A stretch of DNA of 64,000 nt from an uncultured bacterium (GTDB lineage: Bacteria; Acidobacteriota; HRBIN11; JAKEFK01): contig CAVZQN010000004.1 in assembly GCA_963777505.1 (NCBI GenBank), forward strand, positions 1,184,001-1,248,000. Reading direction: 5' to 3'. The number at the start of each line of letters is the position of its first letter. Position 1 is the first letter of the stretch. The position numbers and the translations under genes were made by a program. Below are positions 31,547 to 41,500 of the stretch, in pieces. Below the pieces are notes generated by a model. The model worked only from the letters and a program-made list of their open reading frames with translations, had not been told where the DNA came from and searched no databases.

Positions 31547-33725
31547 CAAGAAACGAGAGCTTAAAGCTTCGAATAATGAGAATGAAAAACTAACCGATCT
31601 CGAACAAAATAAAGAAACAGGGGCAGGGGAACTTTTAACAACAAATCAAGGGACACGGATAAATGATAATCAAAACACGCTGAAAGCAGGTCCACGCGGT
31701 CCTTCTCTGCTTGAAGATTTTATTTTTCGTGAAAAGATCACACACTTCGATCATGAGCGGATTCCAGAAAGGGTTGTACATGCGCGCGGCACGGGCGCCC
31801 ATGGTTATTTTCAAGTATACAAACCAATGAGCGACCTGACGAAGGCGAACTTTCTTCAAGATCCAAATAAACGCACACCCGTATTTGTGCGTTTTTCTAC
31901 GGTAGCAGGTTCTCGCGGATCAAGTGATTTAGCCAGAGATGTGCGAGGTTTTGCGGTTAAATTCTACACCGACGAAGGAATCTTTGACCTTGTTGGCAAC
32001 AATATTCCTGTTTTTTTTATTCAAGATGCAATCAAATTCCCTGATCTCATTCATGCGGTAAAGCCGGAACCTCATAACGAAATTCCACAAGCAGCTTCAG
32101 CGCATGACACATTTTGGGATTTTATTTCGCTAATGCCAGAATCCGTTCACATGATCATGTGGGCGATGTCAGATCGTGCTATTCCGCGAAGCCTCCGGAT
32201 GATGGAAGGTTTCGGTGTACATACATTCCGATTAATTAATGCAAATGATGAGTCTCGTTTTGTGAAATTTCATTGGAAGCCCTTAATGGGTATGCATTCA
32301 GTTTTATGGGATGAAGCTCAACAAATTTCCGGAAAGGATCCAGACTTTCATCGTCGCGATCTATTCGAAGCAATAGAAGCTGGTGATTATCCAGAGTGGG
32401 AGTTTGGCGTGCAAATTGTGGAAGAGAAAGATGAACATTCTTTTGATTTTGATCTTCTCGATCCCACTAAAATAATTCCTGAAAATATAGTTCCTGTCCA
32501 GCGGATCGGAAGGCTAACTCTAAATCAGAACCCAGATAACTTTTTTGCAGAGACCGAACAGGTGGCATTTCATCCAGGGCATATTGTGCCGGGTATCGAT
32601 TTTACAAATGATCCACTGCTTCAAGGAAGATTGTTTTCTTATACAGATACGCAATTACTTCGATTAGGTGGGTCGAACTTTCACGAAATTCCTATCAATC
32701 GTTCGACGGCGCCTGTACATAATAATCAACGCGATGGGTTCATGCGTCACACCATAAACAAAAGCAAAGCTGCCTATGAGCCGAATTCTCTGGGTGGAGG
32801 ATGTCCTTTCCAGGCTGGCAAGGACATGGCGGGGTTTGTTTCCTTTCCAGAAAGAATGGATTCGCCGAAAATTCGCGAAAGAAGTAAGAGCTTTTTTGAT
32901 CATTTCAGTCAGGCCCGTCTTTTTTATCTAAGTCAGACAGACATTGAAAGGAATCACATTGTGCGTGCTTTCCGTTTTGAACTAGGAAAAGTCGAAGTGC
33001 CTGATATTCGGGAAAGAATGCTTGCGATTTTGTCGCAGGTGGACACAGGTCTGGCACAACGAGTTGCGGAAGGGCTTGGTATTTCTCTTCCGGTGAATAC
33101 TGGGAAGCCTTTGAATCAAAGCGTGCCAGCGGATAAGGATATCAATGAAGTTCAACCTGGTAAGGCAAAAAATATGAAACCCTCTGCGGCGTTGAGCATC
33201 ATACTTTCCGCACCAAAAGACAATATCAAAACGCGCAAGATCGCAATTCTTGCAGCAGATGGTTGTGATGATGCGGACTTAAATACAATGGTTGATTCGC
33301 TGACAAATGCTGGTGCTAATGCAAAAATTATTGCACCAAGGCTCGGATATTTAACGACAAAAAATGGAAATCAAATCAAAATTCATTTCAGTCTGCTGAC
33401 TGCAAGTTCGGTATTGTTTGATTCCGTCTACGTTGTTGGCGGAAAATCCAGCAGTGATGCATTCAAAAGCCATCCTGCAGCACTCGAGTTCGTCTATGAA
33501 GCGTACAAGCATTGCAAAGCAATTGCAGCAACCGGTACGGGAAAGGACGTGCTTGACGCCGCACGTGTTTCCACTCAACTACCAGGAGAATCAAAATCTG
33601 CAAAAGATGAAGCCGTGATAATCGGTGCGGAAGGATCCGCTGCAAAAGTTGCGGCAAATTTCATTGATGCAATTGCAAAGCATCGAAACTGGGATCGCGA
33701 AAGGTGGCTCCAGCCGGAACGCTAA
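31527..33725 (+). CDS. katE: Large-subunit catalase HPII
   Basis: FDHERIPERVVHARG, RFSTV, GRLFSYTDTQ, C-terminal GATase-like domain. Confidence 0.96.
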   Translation: MKKENADKKRELKASNNENEKLTDLEQNKETGAGELLTTNQGTRINDNQNTLKAGPRGPSLLEDFIFREKITHFDHERIPERVVHARGTGAHGYFQVYKPMSDLTKANFLQDPNKRTPVFVRFSTVAGSRGSSDLARDVRGFAVKFYTDEGIFDLVGNNIPVFFIQDAIKFPDLIHAVKPEPHNEIPQAASAHDTFWDFISLMPESVHMIMWAMSDRAIPRSLRMMEGFGVHTFRLINANDESRFVKFHWKPLMGMHSVLWDEAQQISGKDPDFHRRDLFEAIEAGDYPEWEFGVQIVEEKDEHSFDFDLLDPTKIIPENIVPVQRIGRLTLNQNPDNFFAETEQVAFHPGHIVPGIDFTNDPLLQGRLFSYTDTQLLRLGGSNFHEIPINRSTAPVHNNQRDGFMRHTINKSKAAYEPNSLGGGCPFQAGKDMAGFVSFPERMDSPKIRERSKSFFDHFSQARLFYLSQTDIERNHIVRAFRFELGKVEVPDIRERMLAILSQVDTGLAQRVAEGLGISLPVNTGKPLNQSVPADKDINEVQPGKAKNMKPSAALSIILSAPKDNIKTRKIAILAADGCDDADLNTMVDSLTNAGANAKIIAPRLGYLTTKNGNQIKIHFSLLTASSVLFDSVYVVGGKSSSDAFKSHPAALEFVYEAYKHCKAIAATGTGKDVLDAARVSTQLPGESKSAKDEAVIIGAEGSAAKVAANFIDAIAKHRNWDRERWLQPER

Positions 33726-33738
33726 AGATACGGGTGCG

Positions 33739-34644
33739 ATGCAAGATTATGACGTAATTGTTGTTGGCGGAGGTCCCGCCGGACTGAGTGCGGCACTTGT
33801 ATTAGGACGTTGCTTACGCAAAGTACTTATTTGTGATTCTGGTCAACCTCGAAATGCTGCAAGCCATGCTCTGCATGGCTATCTAACACGGGACAACACT
33901 TCTCCCGGTGAATTCTTAAATATTGCTCGTAGCCAGTTTGAACCGTACAAAACGGTCACCTATCTTGCTACCGAAGTAATCAATGTACTCGTAATCAAAA
34001 CAGGATTTGAAGTGGTTTTGAAGGATCAAACTCGAAAGTCATGCCGCAAATTATTATTAGCGACTGGAGTTGTAGATAATTTGCCTGAATTTGCTGGCTT
34101 TGAAGGACTTTATGGGAGTTCGATTTTTCACTGTCCTTATTGCGATGCATGGGAATTTAGGGGACGACCAATCGTTGTTTATGGAAATGGTAGTAGAGGG
34201 CATGCCTTATCACTGGACCTAAAAAATTGGACGAATCAGGTTACGCTCTGTACAGATGGTCCTGCGGAATTATCTGCTGAGGAAAAGTTAGATCTGGAAA
34301 AGCACTCTATTAGAATTTTAGAAGATAAGATTGCCAGCATTCAGTCAAGTCAATCAAAGATTCAAAAGATACTTTTCACTAATGGCAATACGCTCGATTT
34401 TTCTGCAATGTTTTTCACTCTTGGTCAAAGACAGCGCTCGAATCTTCCAGAACAATTGGGCTGTGAATTCAGCGAAAAAGGAGCGGTCAAAACGGATTCC
34501 TACCAAGTCAGTTGTGTTCCAAACTTGTATGTTGCTGGAGATGCTTCTGAAGAACTGCAATTGGTGATCGTTGCTGCCGCAGAAGGAGCGAAGGCTGCAT
34601 TTGCAATTAACAAAAGTATACTTAAAGAAGATCTCCACTCGTGA
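33739..34644 (+). CDS. Thioredoxin reductase-like FAD-dependent oxidoreductase
   Basis: GGGPAG, LLLATG, HCPYCD, YVAGDA. Confidence 0.88.
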   Translation: MQDYDVIVVGGGPAGLSAALVLGRCLRKVLICDSGQPRNAASHALHGYLTRDNTSPGEFLNIARSQFEPYKTVTYLATEVINVLVIKTGFEVVLKDQTRKSCRKLLLATGVVDNLPEFAGFEGLYGSSIFHCPYCDAWEFRGRPIVVYGNGSRGHALSLDLKNWTNQVTLCTDGPAELSAEEKLDLEKHSIRILEDKIASIQSSQSKIQKILFTNGNTLDFSAMFFTLGQRQRSNLPEQLGCEFSEKGAVKTDSYQVSCVPNLYVAGDASEELQLVIVAAAEGAKAAFAINKSILKEDLHS

Positions 34645-34646
34645 AC

Positions 34647-35522
34647 TCATGGATTCATCCAATCCAGTATCGCGCCGGCCCAGGGTATTTCCGCAAAGAG
34701 TAAGACAAGGAAATACGAAATAATATAGAGTGCTTTGAACACTTTTTGATCTGGATTACATTGCGCGAGTCCCATCACTAATAAGAGCCATCCGAAACCT
34801 GCAACAGGAGCAAAGGGATAAGTCGCAAGGCAAAACAACAAGAGTGCGATGTGACGTGGACGCTCGAAACGTCTTGCTCCGGGAAGTAGAAATAAAATCG
34901 CAACAACTGATTCCAGAAAAAGCGCTCCCCATGTTGCCGCAAAAGCAAAAGCGCGCAGACGCGGCGGCTCAATCAATTGCGGAGGATCCAAAAGTTCTGC
35001 TCCTTCCGGAAGCGGAAGCAGGTATTCTCTATTCTCTCTTAATTCTTGCTTGGTAAGTCCTCCAATTAACATTGAAGTAGCTGCAAAACGTTCATCCGTT
35101 AGTAGAGTTACTCTGAAGAATCGGCCATCAATATAGTCTGGCGAGAGTATCGATTTCCAAAGAACAGCAAGCGCAAAAGCAAAAGCAATCAGATATTTAC
35201 TTCCCGATTTTATGGTGACATCGGGAAGTGGTGATCGAAGCGAAAAAAATAATAACAAACACCAATACGCTAGCAAATAAATGTGGTTGTCGGGAGTTGG
35301 CCAATCCAACATGATTCGCGTTCCTATTAAGGCAAATAGGATCAGCCACAAAAGTGGTGAGCGAAGGAGTGAAGTAAAGATAATTCCCGCACACGCTAAA
35401 AGGAGAATAAAAGGAAGGACCGTCCATGGTCCGGCAGGGCGAAGGATAATTTCAATCAATGTAAGACGCAGAAGGATGTCCCAGTGATTAATATTTGTAA
35501 TTGGCCGTATCCAGGAAAGCAT
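34647..35522 (-). CDS. Polytopic membrane protein, HTTM/SdpB-like
   Basis: DNHIYL, AVLWK..SPDYIDG, LFLE; multiple TM helices; family assignment is inference. Confidence 0.6.
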   Translation of the reverse strand: MLSWIRPITNINHWDILLRLTLIEIILRPAGPWTVLPFILLLACAGIIFTSLLRSPLLWLILFALIGTRIMLDWPTPDNHIYLLAYWCLLLFFSLRSPLPDVTIKSGSKYLIAFAFALAVLWKSILSPDYIDGRFFRVTLLTDERFAATSMLIGGLTKQELRENREYLLPLPEGAELLDPPQLIEPPRLRAFAFAATWGALFLESVVAILFLLPGARRFERPRHIALLLFCLATYPFAPVAGFGWLLLVMGLAQCNPDQKVFKALYIISYFLVLLFAEIPWAGAILDWMNP

Positions 35523-35528
35523 TCTTTA

Positions 35529-35978
35529 TTAATTGTGAGGGTAAGAATATTTGCGGATAATCCTGCCTTTAGGTTGCAGGGAGTGTATGTCAAATTCCAG
35601 ACGCCACACATCGATTTCAATTTTTTCAACGGGTAAATTGCGTTTCCGCTGATCCTTCAATATTCCTTCTGCGAGTTTGTCCAGAAACCAGTGGGAAGGG
35701 AACATTTGTGCGGACACTGCAAGATCTTCAAGGTTACCCTTTAGGAGCAATTCTTCGGAGCGTTCAGGAGCGCTAACATATACGCGCAGAGTCCGGAACA
35801 TATTCGCATCCGTCGTGGAAAACATTCCAAAACCGCCACCTTTCCAGGGGGTTAGATCTTTTGTAAACGCGAGGTTGATTTGAATCCCCGCGACAATCAA
35901 AAGTAGAACGACGGGAATCAAGGCATATCGGGTTGCCGCCCCTTTTGGGTTCTCCATCATCAAAAATGTCCCATTCAA
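35529..35978 (-). CDS. Small membrane-anchored hypothetical protein (TPWKGGGFGMFST motif)
   Basis: One TM helix then a conserved-looking motif; 6 bp from the next gene. Confidence 0.65.
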   Translation of the reverse strand: MNGTFLMMENPKGAATRYALIPVVLLLIVAGIQINLAFTKDLTPWKGGGFGMFSTTDANMFRTLRVYVSAPERSEELLLKGNLEDLAVSAQMFPSHWFLDKLAEGILKDQRKRNLPVEKIEIDVWRLEFDIHSLQPKGRIIRKYSYPHN

Positions 35979-36013
35979 TTGTCCAATATAGCTGATTTAG
36001 ATGGAAGGCGAAC

Positions 36014-36029
36014 TACGACTAAAGTCCAA
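36014..36029. promoter_or_regulatory. Palindromic box 8, TACGACTAAAGTCCAA
   Basis: Two mismatches; in a divergent promoter region. Confidence 0.7.
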
Positions 36030-36116
36030 TTGTTCAACGTCATTAGAACTAATACAGTATCAGAATGAATTCAGCGATCGGGAGCTTTATGTGTTGTATC
36101 GCTGAGTAACCGAAAC

Positions 36117-37322
36117 TTGGGGATGTTTAGGGTTGGAGAGTGCAGCGTGAACCTGAACAGAGTTATTCCATTCAATCCGATGTCTTTTTCGGCCGAAGCT
36201 TTTATTTCACCTACAGAAGGGAAACGTCCGGAAAATAAACGCGTGCGTAATCAGCTAAAGAGACTTCTCGTTTTTCATACAGCAATAAGAATTCTACACA
36301 ATCCGAAATCATCCATTCCGGATATGCTGCGTGAATTGGTTTCCATCCTGCCCGGCGCTTGTCAATATCCAGAAATCTGTGGAGCACGGATTCAGATTGA
36401 TGATTTTGATTTTGTTTCCAAAGATTTCATTAATACTCCATGGGTGTTCACAGCCCATTTTGATTTGACGAATAAAAAACATGGAATCGTTGAGATCATC
36501 TATCGGAAGAAGAAATCCTTTTTATCGCAGGAGCGTGAACTCATTGGTTCATTTGCGGAATTGCTTTCTTTTGCGCTGGATCGCCGTAATGCACAAGAAG
36601 CACTTCGAGAAAAAGAGACTGCTTTACAGTCCAGTAACGAATACATTCGCGATCTTTCGGACAGGCTGATTCATGCCCAAGAAACGGAACGATCAAGGAT
36701 CGCAAGAAATCTACACGACAACATCAATCAACAGGTCGCAGCACTGGCGATTTCTTTAAGCAGCATCAGGAGAAGGCTAAACACTCCTGAAAGTGAAATA
36801 TCGCAAGAATTTATTACACTTCAAGAGAGAATTTTTGAAATTGCAAAAGGTATCCGGAACGTATCACATGAACTGCATCCCGGAATTCTTGAACGTTTAG
36901 GGCTTATTGAAGCAATACGAAGTCAATGCACTGAACTCTCAAGCCTGCATGCGATTAAAGCTGAAGTCAGCCGATCGGGAGATGTGGATCATATTCCAAG
37001 GCAAGTCGCTTTGTGTGTATACCGCATGGTACAAGAAGCGCTCCATAACGTTGTCAGCCATTCTGCAGCCACACTTGTAAACGTCCGCCTCAAGTCTTGT
37101 TCAAAATCGCTGGATTTGATGATCGTGGATAACGGACAGGGATTTCAGTTGGATGAATCCAAGAAAAAGGGAGGACTCGGTTTGATCAGTTTGGAAGAGC
37201 GTGTACGACTCCTACAAGGAGAATTTAGCATTGATAGTGAAATCGGAAATGGAACCACCTTGCATGTGTCAATTCCATTAAGACCCAACAATATGCTTCA
37301 CTGGAAAAGACCTTTGACTTGA
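36117..37322 (+). CDS. Cytoplasmic NarX/UhpB-type histidine kinase (HisKA_3)
   Basis: ERSRIARNLHD, QEALHN, DNGQGF, GLGL; start uncertain (36123-36180 possible). Confidence 0.88.
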   Translation: MGMFRVGECSVNLNRVIPFNPMSFSAEAFISPTEGKRPENKRVRNQLKRLLVFHTAIRILHNPKSSIPDMLRELVSILPGACQYPEICGARIQIDDFDFVSKDFINTPWVFTAHFDLTNKKHGIVEIIYRKKKSFLSQERELIGSFAELLSFALDRRNAQEALREKETALQSSNEYIRDLSDRLIHAQETERSRIARNLHDNINQQVAALAISLSSIRRRLNTPESEISQEFITLQERIFEIAKGIRNVSHELHPGILERLGLIEAIRSQCTELSSLHAIKAEVSRSGDVDHIPRQVALCVYRMVQEALHNVVSHSAATLVNVRLKSCSKSLDLMIVDNGQGFQLDESKKKGGLGLISLEERVRLLQGEFSIDSEIGNGTTLHVSIPLRPNNMLHWKRPLT

Positions 37323-37341
37323 AATCAACGGAGAGGGACGA

Positions 37342-37986
37342 ATGGATCGAACAAAGATATTGATTGCTGATGATCATACGATTGTCGCTCAAGGTTTAAG
37401 CAATCTTTTGAAAGACCACTATGAAGTTGTCGGAATTGTGGCTGACGGAAGAGAATTGATTAAAGTGGCCCGCGAAGTTAAACCCGATATCATTGTGACA
37501 GATGTTTCGATGCCTTTATTAAACGGCATTGATGCCTTGCATCAGTTAAGAAAAGAAGGAGTCAAGTCTGCGGTTATTTTTCTTACGATGCATGCGGAGT
37601 CGCATTTAGTTCAAGAGGCTATCAAGGAAGGGGCTGCTGCCTATCTCCTGAAAGAGGCTGCTGGAGAGGAATTAATTCTGGCCATTCAGGAAGTACAAAA
37701 AGGGAATATTTATCTTTCTCCATCGATTACCAAAGCTGCTCTTGGCAAATTAAATGAATTAGAAAAAAATCCTGCCTCTAAGTTGACACACCGTCAACGC
37801 CAAGTTTTACGTCTTTTATCTGAAGGACACAGTATGAAGGAAGCTGCAGCCATACTGAATATTTCTGCTCGCACCGTTGAAACATATAAATATGAAATGA
37901 TGCGATCTCTGGGAATAAAAACGTCAGCCGAATTAATCCGATTTGCTGTGCAGGCCGGACTGGCTGATGAATCAATTCGCTCTTGA
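37342..37986 (+). CDS. NarL/LuxR-family response regulator
   Basis: IADDH, DVSMP, LTMH, LTHRQ..SARTVETYK. Confidence 0.92.
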   Translation: MDRTKILIADDHTIVAQGLSNLLKDHYEVVGIVADGRELIKVAREVKPDIIVTDVSMPLLNGIDALHQLRKEGVKSAVIFLTMHAESHLVQEAIKEGAAAYLLKEAAGEELILAIQEVQKGNIYLSPSITKAALGKLNELEKNPASKLTHRQRQVLRLLSEGHSMKEAAAILNISARTVETYKYEMMRSLGIKTSAELIRFAVQAGLADESIRS

Positions 37987-38010
37987 ATTGTTCATCATTT
38001 TGTTCTGCAA

Positions 38011-38835
38011 TCAATGACCGCCAGGATAAATCAACGAAACAATGAAACGAATCGTGTCGGCAGCGGCACCAGAAGGATGTTCAACATTGCGATAATACTG
38101 GATGCCCACAGTCATTGGCCTTTTTGCCAGAACGGTAGTGCGTGAAATTCCAATCCCCACCGGCACGGTCCATTCTTCACCATCCGGCGCGTCCCAGTTT
38201 GCAGTGATTGAGGGTCCAGTTGTGATCGCCCAGCCCTTTCCGAAGTTATAATTCACAAAATACTGAATTAGGAGTTGATTCACTTCCGGATCATCACCTT
38301 CATCTGAAAAAGTCCAAAGTTGGTTTGCCAGCACCCCAAGCACCCATGGGCCGGTCATTTTTAAAAGAAGGGCGTTTGGACCTGCTGCCCAGGAGCCTGT
38401 GCGCGAAACATCAGCAGTGGCTGTTGGAAGAGAAAAAATCGGGCCAAAGCCCCAAATGATTCCTCCGGGTTTTGAAGGAGAAAGAAAAAGCTGTTCTTGT
38501 ATATCGCCGATTCCGCTGGATCGAAGTTCTTCCACGGGAATACTTACAACAGGAACAATTGTACGAGCGATCAAATTCCAGTCTTCCGAGACTTTGAAAG
38601 GAATGACTGGTTGGATATTCAAATTAAAGAATGTCTTATCTTCAAACCCTCCGCCTGAATTGAAATTGAATTGAAATGGAATCGAAACGATATTGCTAAC
38701 GGGGTTTTGAGTCGCCTTTGCAAGATCACTAGCATCATGCGGCGGTGTCTCTTGTGTTTGCGATTGACAAAGGTTTGTGAACAAAAACAGCAACACTACA
38801 AGTGATGCGCGTCCAAACAATCGATTCCATTTCAT
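38011..38835 (-). CDS. Putative outer-membrane beta-barrel (QNPV family)
   Basis: Signal peptide, LAKATQNPVS, IQPVIPF, GIGDI; amphipathic strands. Confidence 0.7.
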   Translation of the reverse strand: MKWNRLFGRASLVVLLFLFTNLCQSQTQETPPHDASDLAKATQNPVSNIVSIPFQFNFNSGGGFEDKTFFNLNIQPVIPFKVSEDWNLIARTIVPVVSIPVEELRSSGIGDIQEQLFLSPSKPGGIIWGFGPIFSLPTATADVSRTGSWAAGPNALLLKMTGPWVLGVLANQLWTFSDEGDDPEVNQLLIQYFVNYNFGKGWAITTGPSITANWDAPDGEEWTVPVGIGISRTTVLAKRPMTVGIQYYRNVEHPSGAAADTIRFIVSLIYPGGH

Positions 38836-38852
38836 AATAAATCCTTAATTTC

Positions 38853-40043
38853 TTACACTAAAATTTTGAACACACGGTTAATCATCTCCGATAACGGCAT
38901 CATCGTTAAAAGTAGCGGCAGAAATGGAACCACAAGAAAAGCTGTTAGCAAAAGAATTCCCCTAGTACCGATTGGGAATAGACGCATCTGTCGCGCAACT
39001 TCAAAGCTGCTGTTTAGATCGGCCAGTGATTGAATGTCAGAACTCCCCAGAAAATCTTCTTTGGTCTTCGCGTTATCGGATAACCATTTTTCTTGAAAGG
39101 CTTCCACATATTGACTGGCTTTAATACTGTACGCGATCCATTCTCTACGTCTGGCAGCCGCCATTTGCGTTACAAAGAAGAACTGCGAGATCATCACGGT
39201 AAGAATGAGAAATCCGATAAGAGACAGGATTTCAAATCTAAATTGCGGCAGTACGGCACCTTCATACAAAATTCGATTAGCAATCTCGCCAACTTGCACG
39301 GCTATGATTGCTAAGAGCACAGGAACAAAAGCAAATATGCTGTATCCAACGAACCAGAGCCCGCCTGTGTTATCTGGATGAAGAGCATTAATCCGTAGCG
39401 GAATGCGCGATACTTGCCACAGGAATCGATGCCAGATGATGAGCCGAAACAACCATCGAATTAATAGAAATCGGAAAAGAGATAAACTGATTGACGCATA
39501 CCACCAACCCACAGGAGTAAGCTGTTTGGCTGTTAATCCACCATCACTAAACCAGGTCGGTACCTCCAAAGCAATGTGAATCCTCCACAGATACTGGCCC
39601 AGAGCAAAGGATAACAGTAGTAGAAAAACCTCTGCGATTTTTGAGTTTCTCCAACGAAGCGCGGTAGCAACAGCGGCCTCAAAGCGAGGTAAATTATCTT
39701 TGGTGATCAATCCTTGTTTTGGAAAATGGCCGACCGTTTCTTCTATCCGCCGATGAACGAGAAGGTCGGCGAAGAGCAGTAAAGGCAGCGAGATCAGAAA
39801 TGTAATCTGTGTCTCAATGTCTTTCAGGAATGGTAAATGCACTCCTCCCATCGCTTTGCCTGTAAACAAAGTGGATAGAAAAAGCGGCAGCCAGCAAATT
39901 GCAAGAAAAGCTATAATGCGGCGATGCAAATATTCCAATGGCGGTCTTGCAAGACGTGTACTCAGATAGAGTTGGTACAAAGGTCCGCCAAGTGCGAGTG
40001 AAAAGTCGGTTGCTTCGGCAGGTTCTTTGAATTCTTTTTTCAT
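38853..40043 (-). CDS. Hypothetical polytopic membrane protein
   Basis: FSLALGGP, HPDNTGGL, SSDIQSLADL; several TM helices. Confidence 0.75.
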   Translation of the reverse strand: MKKEFKEPAEATDFSLALGGPLYQLYLSTRLARPPLEYLHRRIIAFLAICWLPLFLSTLFTGKAMGGVHLPFLKDIETQITFLISLPLLLFADLLVHRRIEETVGHFPKQGLITKDNLPRFEAAVATALRWRNSKIAEVFLLLLSFALGQYLWRIHIALEVPTWFSDGGLTAKQLTPVGWWYASISLSLFRFLLIRWLFRLIIWHRFLWQVSRIPLRINALHPDNTGGLWFVGYSIFAFVPVLLAIIAVQVGEIANRILYEGAVLPQFRFEILSLIGFLILTVMISQFFFVTQMAAARRREWIAYSIKASQYVEAFQEKWLSDNAKTKEDFLGSSDIQSLADLNSSFEVARQMRLFPIGTRGILLLTAFLVVPFLPLLLTMMPLSEMINRVFKILV

Positions 40044-40077
40044 ACTAGATTATTTAACCTTAGTTGAAGATGTTTTT

Positions 40078-41424
40078 TTAGCTCACTTTATTTACGACTG
40101 GCGGTTCCCACGTGCCGTCGGCGACCTCTTTTTTGGGAGCATAGAGACGCAAGGCCAGCTTAAATTCTGCATTGTTCGGGGCCGGCAACCAATTGCTCTC
40201 TTTATTTTTTCCCGGCGAATCACTCTGGATGTAAATAGTCAGCGATCCATCGTCACCGAACTTCATACCGCTGCGGTCGCCAAGGGCGTAACGGTTGATC
40301 GGATTATCGACTAGATACGCATCCTTGTCGTACATCGTTAGCGACCAGAACGCATTCACCGGTGGGATGTCTTCTTTTTTAAATTGGAGTGTGTACTTGT
40401 TCGCTCCGTTAAATGGCTTGCCATCGCGGTCTTTTTCTCCGAACGGATAAACCGCGTCCTCAGGCAAATTTCCTCCAACTCCATAAAACGTCCAACCCGC
40501 TCGATACGCATATTTTTTTCCATAGCGTCCCATATCAAGTGCGATCTGCCAACCGTTAACAATTTCGCCGCGGTCCGTTTCTTTCATGACTTTAATCCCG
40601 GTAGCTATACCTTGTTCGACCGCGTTGCGCACTTCGGGACTAAAGGCTTCCATGCTGAACTTCTTGCCAGGTCCGATTCCAAGTTTTGCGATCCGCTCCA
40701 TCATCTCCGGATCATCCGGCTCTGGCGGATTCTTCATTAGCAGGCGATTCAAACGATTGAAAAAATCCTCAGGACTCATTTTCAGCACCTGAGTTGGGAC
40801 CGGTGTCTTAGCGTCCACCCCTTCTTTGAGCGGCACGTTTTCGGGAGGCGTATAATCTTTTCCCCATTGTGACAATGGTACAAGTTTGTATTTGTCTTGG
40901 ATTGAGTGAACAGCGTCGTAATCTTTCGGGCCGCCTGTGTAGGTTCTGCCGCCAATTAATGCAAGATTTGTCGGCATCCGCAATTCAGTTACACCTGCAG
41001 GAAGTGTTCCTTTCCAATCCGGACCGACGATTGCGAAGTTGCCGCCTTTACTTCCAACGTTTCGTGATCCGGGCGCATGCGGAACGTTATTCCACGCATC
41101 GATGAGCTGCATAATCCAAAAGCGGTTTCCCATTTCGGGAATTGATAATACAAACGGCTCTTGGGAGAGATCGAAGTTCGCAAGCGAATAAAGCGTGTCA
41201 ACATTGAAGCCAACCACTGCTTTGTTCGAAGCGTCCGGGAATTCGCGATAATGTACGAATTGGTTAATCGGTGCGTGACCTTTCTCCACTTTCGGCACCT
41301 GACACATCGTGTCGATCTGCAATTCGATGTATACCAGAGTCATGCCAAAAATCCATGCGTCCTGTGCGATGGCTTTTGCCTCATCCGGAGAAATCTGCCT
41401 GTTTATTTGCTCGTTTGCGTTCAT
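40078..41424 (-). CDS. DUF1254/DUF1214 protein (no signal peptide)
   Basis: NVDTLYS, PPVNAFWSLTMY, NWLPAP, LRLYAP. Confidence 0.9.
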   Translation of the reverse strand: MNANEQINRQISPDEAKAIAQDAWIFGMTLVYIELQIDTMCQVPKVEKGHAPINQFVHYREFPDASNKAVVGFNVDTLYSLANFDLSQEPFVLSIPEMGNRFWIMQLIDAWNNVPHAPGSRNVGSKGGNFAIVGPDWKGTLPAGVTELRMPTNLALIGGRTYTGGPKDYDAVHSIQDKYKLVPLSQWGKDYTPPENVPLKEGVDAKTPVPTQVLKMSPEDFFNRLNRLLMKNPPEPDDPEMMERIAKLGIGPGKKFSMEAFSPEVRNAVEQGIATGIKVMKETDRGEIVNGWQIALDMGRYGKKYAYRAGWTFYGVGGNLPEDAVYPFGEKDRDGKPFNGANKYTLQFKKEDIPPVNAFWSLTMYDKDAYLVDNPINRYALGDRSGMKFGDDGSLTIYIQSDSPGKNKESNWLPAPNNAEFKLALRLYAPKKEVADGTWEPPVVNKVS

Positions 41425-41500
41425 TATTACTCTCTTTTGATTTCAGACCAAGTTAATTAGAATATTTTTTAGAATTTAAAATTAGAAGAAATTCTATGCA

